This document shows, piece by piece, positions 10,466 to 20,207 of a stretch of 64,000 nt of DNA. The notes under the pieces are model-generated. The model did not search any database. It had not been told where the DNA came from and was given only the letters and a program-made list of their open reading frames with translations. The position numbers were made by a program, and so were the translations under genes. The DNA is from an uncultured bacterium (GTDB taxonomy: Bacteria > Verrucomicrobiota > Verrucomicrobiia > Limisphaerales > UBA8199). Every line of letters starts with the position of its first letter. Position 1 is the stretch's first letter. The stretch covers positions 39,421-103,420 of the forward strand of contig CAVVMW010000027.1 of NCBI GenBank assembly GCA_963749495.1, in the 5' to 3' direction.

Positions 10466-12142
10466 ATGAACGCCCGCTCGCAACAACCCTTCATCGAATG
10501 GGGGTTGGTCATCTTCCTCCTTGTCCTCTGCGGGATTCTCACGGTCTTGCAGTACCATTGGACGGGCGAGGTCAGTCGCGCGGAAGTGACCCGTCTGCGC
10601 GGCGCGCTCAGCGAACAGGCGCAGTCGTTCGTCCGCGACTTCGACTCCGAACTGGCCCAAAGCTGCCGCGCGCTTCTGCCGGGTCTCTCGGAACTCAACA
10701 CGCAAGGCCGCGAAGCCGCGCACGTCGCGCGCCTGCGGGAATGGAAGTCCGCCAGCCCGCGCCCGCTCTTCACCCGCGTCGCCATCGTCGTGCCCACGCG
10801 AGATGGTCTCGAACTCCACGCGCTTGATCTCCAGGCGGAGAAGTTCGTGCCCATGGAATGGCCCTCGCACTGGGCCGCGCTGAAAGACAACCTCGACCGC
10901 AAGCGCCAGACGCCCGGCGGCGCGGGACCGTTCGTAGATCCCAGCGGGGCACTGTTGGAGTTCCCTGTGTTCGGCGGCGGAGCGGGCATCAGCGAGTGGC
11001 TCGTCCTCGAACTTGATCTCGACTACGTGCGCAACATCTGGCTGCCGGAGTTGGTGCGGACGTACTTCGGCGACAAATCGCTCTACGACGTGGAGGTGAA
11101 GACTGTGGCAGCCCCGGCGACGGTGCTGTATTCCTCGCGCCCCAATGCGGCGGAGAACGGCGAAGGACCCTATTCAATCAGGTTTCATCGCCAGGGCAAG
11201 ACTGGGGAGAGTCCGCGCCAGCGTCCGCCTGACGCTCCGGCCGGGCCCGATGGCCGCGCAGCGCCGGAGTGGAACCTGTGGGTCCTCAAAGCCCGTCCGC
11301 GGCCCGGCGCGCTGGAAGCAGTGGTGTCCGCGTCGCGCCGACGCAACTTTGCTGTGGCGGCGCTGGTGAACGGGTTGATCCTCGCGGCGGGAGTCGCGCT
11401 TGTGGTCCACACTCGGCGTTCGCGGCAGCTTGCCGAGGCGCAGATGAATTTTGTTGCCAACGTTTCGCACGAGCTGCGCACGCCGCTCACGGTCATTCGC
11501 GGCGCTGCCCACAACATTAAACGCGGCGTCGTTCAGGAGCGCGCCCAGCTTGAGCAATACTCCGGCCTGATCATCCAGCACACTGAGCAGCTCACGGAGA
11601 TGATCGAGCAACTCCTCGAACTCGCCGGCGCGCGAAAGAACCAGGCTGCGCTCACGCGGAACCCCGTCGAACTCACGGAAGTGTTGCAGGACGCCATCGC
11701 CGCCACCAAACGCGACGCGGAAATCGCTGGCTGCGCTATAGAACTCTCCCTTCCCACGTCGTTGCCGGAGGTGTCCGGCGATGCGGCGGCACTGCGGCGC
11801 GTGTTTCAAAACCTGCTCACCAACGCCGCGCGCCACGGCGGGACGGGTGGCTGGATCGGGGTTACCGCGACGGCCGCGAATGGAGCTGAGCCGATGCTCG
11901 AAGTGCGCGTGGCGGATCGCGGGCCGGGAATCCCTGAGAACGAACAGAGGGAAATCTTCAAACCTTTCGTGCGCGGCACGGCGGCGCAGGAAAAACAAAT
12001 CCGCGGCAGCGGGCTGGGCTTGAGCCTGGTGAAGGAAATTGTCGAGGCTCATGGCGGTGTCGTCTTTGTTCGCAGCCAGCCCGGGCAAGGCGCTACCTTC
12101 ACCGTGCGGCTGCCCGCAAACACAACCACAAAGCCAACATGA
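10466..12142 (+). CDS. Membrane-bound sensor histidine kinase
   Basis: Two TM segments, H-box SHELRTPL, N-box NLLTNA, DRGPG and GSGLGL boxes. Confidence 0.95.
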   Translation: MNARSQQPFIEWGLVIFLLVLCGILTVLQYHWTGEVSRAEVTRLRGALSEQAQSFVRDFDSELAQSCRALLPGLSELNTQGREAAHVARLREWKSASPRPLFTRVAIVVPTRDGLELHALDLQAEKFVPMEWPSHWAALKDNLDRKRQTPGGAGPFVDPSGALLEFPVFGGGAGISEWLVLELDLDYVRNIWLPELVRTYFGDKSLYDVEVKTVAAPATVLYSSRPNAAENGEGPYSIRFHRQGKTGESPRQRPPDAPAGPDGRAAPEWNLWVLKARPRPGALEAVVSASRRRNFAVAALVNGLILAAGVALVVHTRRSRQLAEAQMNFVANVSHELRTPLTVIRGAAHNIKRGVVQERAQLEQYSGLIIQHTEQLTEMIEQLLELAGARKNQAALTRNPVELTEVLQDAIAATKRDAEIAGCAIELSLPTSLPEVSGDAAALRRVFQNLLTNAARHGGTGGWIGVTATAANGAEPMLEVRVADRGPGIPENEQREIFKPFVRGTAAQEKQIRGSGLGLSLVKEIVEAHGGVVFVRSQPGQGATFTVRLPANTTTKPT

Positions 12143-12825
12143 AATCCCGCATCCTCCTGGTTGAAGACGAAGCTGGCGTGGCTTTGGTCGTGTCTGACCT
12201 GCTGCGCGCCGAAGGCCATTCAGTCGAGACCGCGTCCGATGGCAAGAGCGGCCTGCGCCAGGCGATGGAGGCGAAGTTCGACCTCCTCATTCTAGACGTG
12301 ATGCTGCCGGGACTGAACGGCTATGACCTTTGCCATGCCATCCGCGAGCGCGGCTTCGATGGCGCGATTCTCATGCTCACCGCCAAGGGCCAGATTCCGG
12401 ACCGCGTCCACGGGCTGCGGACGGGTGCGGACGATTACCTCGTCAAACCGTTCGATCCAGACGAACTGCTGGCCCGGGTGGAAGCGCTGCTGCGGCGTGT
12501 TCACAAGGAACAATTGACTCCGGTGCTCCACTTCCAATTTGGTAACGTGACGGCGGACTTCGATAGAATGGTGTTTACCAAAGGCGGCCTGCCTATCAGC
12601 CTTGCCGCCAAGGAAGCGGAACTACTGCGGTTGCTCATCAACCATCGGGGCCAGGTGTTGACCCGCGAGCAGATTCTCCATCAAGTTTGGAGCGAACAAC
12701 CGTTCATCACCGAGCGCACCGTGGATGTCCATATCGCTTGGTTGCGGCAAAAACTGGAGGAGAAACCTCAGTCCCCCAAGCATATACTGACAGCGCGCGG
12801 TGAGGGGTATCGCTTCCAGCGTTGA
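12139..12825 (+). CDS. OmpR/PhoB-family response regulator
   Basis: ILLVEDE, LDVMLP, GADDYLVKPF, winged helix ERTVDVHIAWLRQK...GEGYRF; ATGA overlap with the kinase. Confidence 0.95.
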   Translation: MKSRILLVEDEAGVALVVSDLLRAEGHSVETASDGKSGLRQAMEAKFDLLILDVMLPGLNGYDLCHAIRERGFDGAILMLTAKGQIPDRVHGLRTGADDYLVKPFDPDELLARVEALLRRVHKEQLTPVLHFQFGNVTADFDRMVFTKGGLPISLAAKEAELLRLLINHRGQVLTREQILHQVWSEQPFITERTVDVHIAWLRQKLEEKPQSPKHILTARGEGYRFQR

Positions 12826-12840
12826 AAGGTCCATAGACCA

Positions 12841-13966
12841 TCATTGCCGTCCTCCACTGCCGCCATTATGAGAGGATGATACCCGTGTGCTCATTCCAGA
12901 CCACTCGGAGTCTTTCAGCGACCAGCCACCGCCCAGGGCTTTGTAAAGTTGAACGACCGCAAGCCGGCGGCCAGCCTCGATCTGCGACAGGGCGTTCTCG
13001 GCAGGAAAGAGTTGCTGTTGGGCCTCGAGAACTTCGTAGTAGCTCGCCTTGCCTTCTTTGTAGCGGTCGGTCGCCACCGCCACGGCCTCGCGACCGGCCT
13101 TGACAGCCTCAGCTTGCTCAACGCGTTCCTCGTCAAATCTGCGGTGGGATATGAGCGCGTCGGACACCTCTCGGAACGCGCCGAGAGCTGTGTCCTGGTA
13201 TTGAAGCTTCGCTTCCTCGCAGGCGGCTTTGGCCTGACGGTAGCGCCCCGTCAAACGTCCTCCTGTGAACAATGGTCCAGCGTCGCTTGCGGCAACTGAC
13301 CACATGTTTGCGCCCGATGATACCAGATTATGCAGTTCGGTGCTGGCACCACCGTAAAACGCCGTCAGACCGATGCGGGGGAAAAAGTCTCCTACGGCAA
13401 CGCCGATTTCTGCGTTGGCCGCACGGACCTTTTGCTCAGCCATCCGAATGTCGGGCCTCCGCTCAAGCAGAGCGGAAGGCAGGCCCACCGGGATCTCCAG
13501 GGGCAGCTCTTGAGCCAGGAGGGTTGACGTTCCGAGGCACCGGTCCCGGGTTGCGCCCTAGCAGCGTGTTAATCTCGTTTTCCTTGAGGGCGATTTGGCG
13601 CTCGATTTCCGGGATGTTGGCTGAAACCGAGCGCAGGGCCAATTTGGCGCGTGACAACTCCAGGTTCGAAACCAAGCCGGCGGCGTGCTGATCGTCAAAG
13701 AGCCTGAAAGTCCGCTCGTAGGAATCCCGGGGGCGTCTGGCGATAGCAAGCTGGTCATCCAGTTCCAGCAACTCGAAGTAGGCCCTGGCGACGCCGCTAA
13801 CTACGGAGATCATTACCGTCCGACGGCCCTCCTGCGTGGCCATGAAGTTCGCACGCGCGGCCTCGTTCATCCGGCGGACACGACCCCACAGGTTGACTTC
13901 CCAGAGCGCTTCAAAGCCGCCCAGGAAACTGTTCATGGTCCGGCCACCGTTAGGAATGGGCAGGTC
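12841..13966 (-). pseudogene. NodT/OprM-family efflux outer-membrane lipoprotein, 5-prime truncated and frameshifted (~13530)
   Basis: WEVNLWGRVRR, GLPSALLERRPDI, LYKALGGGW; frames join as PVPR/TSTLLAQELPLEIPVGLP; no lipoprotein signal. Confidence 0.85.
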
Positions 13967-15208
13967 GAGAAACTCTCGAAGGGAACGGCTTTCCCGTCCG
14001 GGGTTGGCGCATAAAGGCCTCGAATCTTCTCCGCCTCGCTGCGGTCCCCAATGCGGCCACGAGCCAGGACCGGGATGAGCCGGTCGCCCTCCCGCAGCTC
14101 GGTCAGCTTCAACCCGGTAAAGGAGGCCTGGGCCACCAGGCCGATTTGCTGGTTATTCAGGCCCAGCGAATTAGCGCGGTCCTGGTCGATATCGATCTCA
14201 ATGTTGGGCATGCGGAGGCCCAAGTCATCAAACACATGATAGCCACCGGCGGCACGGAGTTCGGCTGCGGTTTGGTCGGCCAATAGCCGCAGCTTATCGA
14301 GGTTCTCGCCGCTGAGGCGGATTTGAATCGGTTCCTTGACCGGCGGCCCCTGTTCGAGCTGCTTGACCACGCAGCGCGCACCGGGAACCGATTGATCCAG
14401 TTCCTGGCGCAGCTTGACGAGCAAGCCTGTCACCTCGTCCTGGTGACGCGTGTTGATGAGAATCTGCGCGAGATAGTTCGCCGGTTCCTTCGGTTCGACG
14501 TTGTAGTAGAAGCGCGGGGCGGTGCCGCCGGAGAAAACCGCCGCGCTGGAGACCTCCTCATGGCCTTTGATCAAGGCAACCACTTGATCCACCGTTGCCC
14601 TCATGCTGGTCAGCGAGTCGGTTGAGGGCAGACTCGATATCCACCAATAACTGGTTGCGCTCGGCCGGCGGGAAAAACTGGCTTCCCAGCAGCGGAACCA
14701 GGAGGCAGCTCAGGGCCAGCACCGAATAGCCCGCCCCCAGGACCAGCCAGGGACGCTTTAGGGCTCCTTCCAGCGCGGCGCGGTAGTGTGGCAAGACAGC
14801 GGCAAGCGCCTGGTCCACATAACGGAACAGGAAAAATGACCGGACCTCCCCGCCCTCATCAAACCCTTTCTGCCCTCGCAGGACGTAGTAGCTGATGAGC
14901 GGAGTGAAGGTGACCGAGACGAGCAGCGCGGCAGCCAGGGCCAGGGTGACCACGGCCGGCAGACTCTTCATAAACTCACCCTTATCGCCCGTTAGCAGGA
15001 GCAACGGCAGGAACGCGAAGATGTTGATCAGCGTGCCGAACACCATCGGGTGCCGCAGGTGAAGCGGGCCAAGCCACGCCGCGCGCAATCTCGGCTCCCC
15101 CAGGTGCAGTTCCCGATTGATACCGTCAGAAGCCACCACCGGCACGTCCACCAGCATTCCCAAGGCGATGATGAGCGCAGCGATGGAGATCTGCTGCAAG
15201 GGAATATG
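13967..15208 (-). pseudogene. Internal fragment of an AcrB-family RND permease (frameshift ~14630)
   Basis: QQISIAALIIALGMLVD, FLPLL.L.G..GEF..SLP, QFFPPAERNQ, EQGPP; both ends missing. Confidence 0.85.
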
Positions 15209-16259
15209 AGCTGCTGAGAATATCGCCGGTCTTGACCGCGCGCTGCACCGCCTTGCCGTCCTGGACCACAAAGACGCCGAGTTGCGCCGGAGCATCGGTT
15301 CCCTGCCGCCCGCCGGCGGGAAGGGTCACCAGGGCCGAGAGCGGCACGCGGACCGTGCCCGCTTTCACCGCCGGCGCATTGCCGATGCGGATGCGCGCCG
15401 TCATGCCGGAGCGCAGCAGCCCCTCCGGGTTGGGCACCTTGATCACCACCCGGAACAACCGGCCCTCGGCGCTGGCCGCCACGCCCACCTCGGACACGCG
15501 GCCCCGGAACGGGGGCAGGCCCTCCAACCCAGACACTTCCACGTCCACCTCCTTGCCCGGGGTGAGCCGGCCGACCAACCGGTCGGGCAATCCCAACTCG
15601 ACCGACATCAGGCTGGTATCGGCAAAGCGCAGCACCCGCTGGCCGGCCCCGACGGTGACGCCCGCATTAACGTAGCGCGCCAGCACCGCCCCGTCTTTGG
15701 CCGCCACCAGCCGCGAATCCCGCAGATTTTGCTCCGCCTGGTCCAATTGCGCCCGGGCGGTGCGCCAATCGGCCTCGGTGACATCCAGTTCCTGCTGGGA
15801 AATGGCATCGGCCGTGCGCAGCTTGCGGAAACGTTCGAGCTGCTTGCCCATCAGTTCCGCGCGAGCGCGGGCCGATCTCAGAGCGTTGGTGAAATCCGCC
15901 TGCTTCAGCTCGGCCAGCAGTTCGCCTGCCTTAACCGGCGTGCCCTCGTCCCAGTCCGTGCCGGGCGCCGGGCCGATGGTTTCGACGATGCCTCCCACCT
16001 TAAAACTCAGGTCGGTTTCCTTTTCGGCTCGCACCAGCGCCAGGTAGGAGGCGTCGCCATCGGGCCGGACGTTGTCCATTGACTCGACTACCGCTGTGTG
16101 CACCAAAGTCTTCTCGGGTGGTCTGGCCGCCGGCTTTCCACACCCGCCGAGCGCTAACGCCATGCATAGCAACGTCAGCCCTTTGCATCCAACGCTCGCC
16201 AAACGGAGCCCTGGATTAACAGTCTCTATCATAGGAACTCTTCGCATTTTCATGAGCAA
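15209..16259 (-). pseudogene. RND periplasmic adaptor (membrane fusion protein), 3-prime truncated
   Basis: Lipobox LALGGC, LSFKVGG, GLLRSGMTA, VPLSALV; breaks after VKTGDILSSS. Confidence 0.85.
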
Positions 16260-16260
16260 T

Positions 16261-16759
16261 TCATGGATTGGAAACCTCCGGCTCCTTCCCCTCCCGTTCG
16301 AGAGCCCCCAACGAACGCTGCGTGAGAAAGTGGGCCAAACGCGCCCGATTTGGCAAACACACGGCCAGTTGGGTCAAGGGGTGATGCAGGTTCTCTCCCG
16401 CCAGAGAGTAAGAAACACATTCACCAATCACGCTCAGCGCATGAAGCCGGATAGCTTCGCTATTGGCTTTAGCACCGAGCAAATCTCTCATCACCGCCTG
16501 GAGCAGGACAAAATCCCGCTCCAGCCCTGATGCTGCGTAGTTGTGCGCTTTGCCAGCCGGGTCCACCAATTCCCGGGCCAGGAGCTTGGGAATCCAGGCG
16601 CCCTCGGCACTGAGTCTCTGCAACAGGGACTCGACGAGCTTTAGCAGCTTCTGTTCAGGCGGCAAATGCCGGGACACGACGAAGCCCTCGTCTTGGTCGG
16701 AAAGCCGCCAGCCAGCCTCCATGATCACCGCCTGATAAAGTCCCTCCTTGCTGTGGAAA
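16261..16759 (-). pseudogene. TetR/CerR-type regulator lacking most of its HTH
   Basis: FHSKEGLYQAV (end of a TetR HTH) followed by CerR_C-like RELVDP...ALSVIGECV; begins abruptly at the junction. Confidence 0.7.
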
Positions 16760-17530
16760 TTCTTTGCCCGTTCCGGTCTCGCCCAGGATGAGCACCGAAG
16801 CCTCCGTAGGGGCTACCAGGTCAATCTGGCTGACGATGTGTTTCAACGCCGCGCTCTGCCCAACCAGATCGCCGAAGGCTTTGGCCTCCACCACGGCCTC
16901 CTGCAAGTAAGTATTCCGGAGTTCCAGTTGAGCTCTGAGGCGCTGAATTTCCTCGAAGGCGCGCGCGTTGGCGATGGCCGCTCCTATGTGATTAGCGAGA
17001 ATAGGGCCCCATGGCCGGAGTTCATCCTGAAACGGCTCGCGTGTGGCTGATACTATCGCGCCCAATGCCTCCCCTTTGTAGCTGATCGGATTAATCGCAT
17101 AACCACTGATGCCCTCTTCGCGCATCCAGTCGGGATCGAGCGGAGATACAGGCTGTTTGTTCAAATCCGGAACGGCTCGCGTCTGGCCGCTTATGACCAG
17201 GTTTCCAATCGGCGGCACTCCCAGCGGCTCGCGAGCGGTCTCAGGGTCAAGCCGCCCAAATCCTTTCCCGGGCCCAACAATGGATTTCGCTTTCGCCGCA
17301 GCCAAGTGCAGGCAGCGGGACTGGTCGGGACATTCGGGGCAACGCGGGCAGGTGGGGCACAGGTCACCCTTTTCAATCAACCAGACCTGAGCACAGACGA
17401 TGTGGGGCCTTTCCATCACGCGCTCGGCAAGTTTCTGCAAGAGCTTTGCCAGCGACTGCTCGTGCGCAATCTCCAGCAGTATTTGCGCGACGAAATTGGC
17501 ATCGAAGCGGTTTTCGCTCGTTGGTTCCAT
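16760..17530 (-). pseudogene. GAF + sigma54 activator (FhlA/NifA-like) truncated at Walker A
   Basis: GAF domain, AIANARAFEEI coiled coil, LVGQS, VAPTEASVLILGETGTGKE, then break; GAFTGA and HTH absent. Confidence 0.9.
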
Positions 17531-17618
17531 AACTGGACCCTACTGAAACGTTGCGGGCGAGGCAAATCGCAAAATACGGTTTTTCGGGCCGGTTCGATTT
17601 TTAAGGAGAATTGAAACT

Positions 17619-17933
17619 ATGTTCACCGAATCCCACGCCGGCGGCACTTTGCCGCGTTACTCCGCAAAACGGAACCTTCATCATGTGGCCTTCTTTTGCC
17701 ACGCGCCGGAGGCAGAGCAGGTTTCGCTCACCGGCGATTTTGACAACTGGCAGCCCAACGCGACCCCGATGGTCCGCCAGCCCGACGGCCGATGGATGGC
17801 CAGCTTGGAACTGAGTCACGGTTACTACCAGTACGTGTTTCTTGTGGATGGCAAACGTGTGCTCGATCCGAATGCCACTGGAAAAACAAGAAACTCCCTG
17901 AGCGAGCCCGTTTCACTGCTAGCCGTCAGCTAA
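17619..17933 (+). CDS. Stand-alone glycogen-binding (CBM48/AMPK-beta-like) protein
   Basis: APEAEQVSLTGDFDNW, DGRW, YQYVFLVDG..VLDP; AGGAG upstream. Confidence 0.9.
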   Translation: MFTESHAGGTLPRYSAKRNLHHVAFFCHAPEAEQVSLTGDFDNWQPNATPMVRQPDGRWMASLELSHGYYQYVFLVDGKRVLDPNATGKTRNSLSEPVSLLAVS

Positions 17934-17954
17934 ACTCACTTTCCAATAAGCCCT

Positions 17955-18083
17955 ATGCACTCGCTACTGCTCATCGTAGTCGCAGTCCTCGTCACGCTGT
18001 ATGCGCTCGCCTGGCGCAATCAACCTGCACAGGAACATGAGCACAAATCTGCCGAAAGCGCCAGGCGCAAAGCGGGATTATGA
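17955..18083 (+). CDS. 42-aa single-TM small protein (not in ORF track)
   Basis: MHSLLLIVVAVLVTLYALAWRNQPAQEHEHKSAESARRKAGL; its TGA overlaps the next ATG (ATGA 18080-18083). Confidence 0.6.
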   Translation: MHSLLLIVVAVLVTLYALAWRNQPAQEHEHKSAESARRKAGL

Positions 18084-18379
18084 ACTCAGCCAATGACCAT
18101 GCACCACCTGCAGCGCAATCCAGCGGTGCCGTCCCACAGAAATGCTTGGTTTGTGGCGACCCGATTGGGGAGCGCTGCTTTTGCCAAATCCACCGCAAAG
18201 AGGGAGGACCAATAATGCTCTGCTGTCCCGAGTGCACGATTCAATACATCAACTCAGGGCGAGTTCCGGACACCTGCGAGCAGGAATTCCGGGCTTACGA
18301 GAAGAGCGTTCATTTCTTTAAACCAAACCTCGGCCTTAACGGGGTTACGGGACTGCTGGGACTGACTTATTTCTTCTGA
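18080..18379 (+). CDS. Small Cys-rich TRASH/YHS-like metal-binding protein (C-terminus possibly altered)
   Basis: CLVCG...MLCCPEC motif. Confidence 0.55.
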   Translation: MNSANDHAPPAAQSSGAVPQKCLVCGDPIGERCFCQIHRKEGGPIMLCCPECTIQYINSGRVPDTCEQEFRAYEKSVHFFKPNLGLNGVTGLLGLTYFF

Positions 18380-18748
18380 GCCGGCCTATGGAAAACCGAT
18401 CTCAACCTCCCCACCCAAATTTCCCCGGCGGTGCACAACTGCACTGCGCAATGCAATTAAAAAATGACTATCACTACTATCGCAAGAAGCATTTTGTCGG
18501 CGACTCCGTGTAACCGGGATATGAAACGGCTGACTTGGCTCTCGGTTTAGAGCTTCTCCGTCCGGTTCGGGTCTCACGTCAGGGAGCCCCAACCTGGGCG
18601 AAGCGCCCTTAACAGAAATAAACAACACATAAACACAATGAATAGTGCAATCCTCACTCAAACCTCTCACGCCGGCAAGGGCCTGGTCCTTCACCCGCGC
18701 AGCGTCAAAACCGGCGGCGCGGCAAAAAAGCAAATTCCTATCACTCGT

Positions 18749-19386
18749 ATGAAGACACCCTCTCCACGCGTCCTCCCGGCCGTTCGGATTGCACTGGGAC
18801 TGCTCATGTCCCTCATCGCCGGTGAGGTGAGGCCCAGGTGACACCTCCGGCCACACTGGTGCTGACAGAGGCCGACAACGGGACCACGGTGGGCGCGATC
18901 ATGGGGCAATCGATCCAGGTCGACCTGCGCGGCAACCCGACCACGGGCTACGCCTGGGTGCTGGCCGGCACCAACGGCGACTCGGTCCTGCCCAACGGAC
19001 CGGTGGACTACACCCAGGATCCGGGCGGCGGGGTGGGACGTGGCGGCACCTTCGCGTTTCCGTTCCTGGCCGCGCGAGCGGGCGATACGACGCTGTCATT
19101 CGAGTATCGGCCGCCGGGAGGAGGCGTGCCTCCCCAGAGCTTCACGGTGACGATCCAGGTCGTCGCGGCGGGGCTCCCGCGGCTGTCCATCAGGCTGGTC
19201 CAGACGGAGGTGGTCATTTCCTGGCCCATGGCGGGAAGCACCAACTTCTTCCTGGAGAGCTCTCCGGGGCTTGACCCGCCGCAGTGGGCGGTGCTGAATG
19301 TGCTGCCATTGCCGCAGGGCACCAATTACACCGTCACGCTCGGGGCAGGGGGCACGGCCCTCTATTTTCGGCTCCATCGCCTCTGA
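18749..19386 (+). CDS. Secreted chagasin/I42 protease inhibitor with verrucomicrobial-type C-terminal sorting segment; frameshift at ~18831
   Basis: NPTTGYAW, VG.GG, Y.P motifs; tail PRLSI...VISWP...LESS...W...YFRL; signal peptide MKTPSPRV...GEVR joins AQVTPP if one G is restored. Confidence 0.8.
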
Positions 19387-19419
19387 GCGGCGGGTGGACC
19401 CTTCTGCCTTTGCACAGCG

Positions 19420-19523
19420 CGGGGTCGGGCGGCGCTGACCACATAACCCTGGACGAGTGGTGTGATGTGGAGGAGGAACTCAAACGAACACTCGTAAATG
19501 AATACCATGAACATCAGCAATAA
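19420..19523 (+). pseudogene. Possible C-terminal remnant of a DUF2934-like small protein
   Basis: GGADHITLDEWCDVEEELKR resembles the L.DW..AE.EL end of DUF2934; no N-terminus. Confidence 0.3.
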
Positions 19524-19932
19524 CAGGAATCTCTTCGTAACCTCCTTAAACGCCGTGCCCGCGTGCCAAAAGCAGGACGGGGACACCGACTGGTTTCCAG
19601 CCGTGGACGTAACCGAGACGGGGCAGGAGTACGTGTTCGAAGTGGACCTGCCCGGTCTCAAACCGGAGGAGGTACAGGTGCGTGTGGACACCCAGGGGCT
19701 TTTTCTGAGGGGGCAACGGGTGACTCAGCATCAGGGCGGGAAACCCGTGCGGGTGGAGCGTCCCTTTGGAGCCTTTGTTCGCCAGTTGCCATTGCCGCCG
19801 GTTGCACACGGCGAGATCCACGCCTTATTTAGCGATGGAGTTTTGGAACTGCACGTGCCCAGGGCCTGCCCTGACAGTGAGCCCGAACAAGCCCAAGCAC
19901 TCGCCCGCGAACCTGAGGAGGCCGTGCCATGA
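19498..19932 (+). CDS. Hsp20/alpha-crystallin small heat-shock protein
   Basis: PAVDVTET, DLPGLKPEEV, ERPFGAFVRQLPLP, A.FSDGVLELHVP. Confidence 0.9.
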   Translation: MNTMNISNNRNLFVTSLNAVPACQKQDGDTDWFPAVDVTETGQEYVFEVDLPGLKPEEVQVRVDTQGLFLRGQRVTQHQGGKPVRVERPFGAFVRQLPLPPVAHGEIHALFSDGVLELHVPRACPDSEPEQAQALAREPEEAVP

Positions 19933-20207
19933 CCACGACCCCTGTTGATCTGACCCTGGAAATCCGTTCGGACTCGCCGTCCGAGGCTTCCTGTTTTGTC
20001 TGTGGGGAAGATGTTCGCAGAGGATGGTTTGCGCGGATGAGCGTTGGTGGTCGGACGCACTTTCTTTGTAGCGCCCCCTGTGCCCTCATGTTCTTTGAGG
20101 CAGAGGAGGCTCTGGCCCACGATCACCAGGCGCGCCACGACTTCGAACGCGCTCGGGCGGCCATCATTGAAGCCGCGCACCGCACAACGAAGGACGTGAA
20201 CTCATGA
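19929..20207 (+). CDS. Second small TRASH/YHS-like Cys-motif protein
   Basis: CFVCG...GRTHFLCSAPCA; ATGA overlaps with both neighbours. Confidence 0.65.
   Translation: MTTTPVDLTLEIRSDSPSEASCFVCGEDVRRGWFARMSVGGRTHFLCSAPCALMFFEAEEALAHDHQARHDFERARAAIIEAAHRTTKDVNS

Noticed and set aside
18380..18640. Long intergenic region as a riboswitch or ncRNA
   Set aside because: No recognisable aptamer consensus by eye; a covariance-model search would be needed
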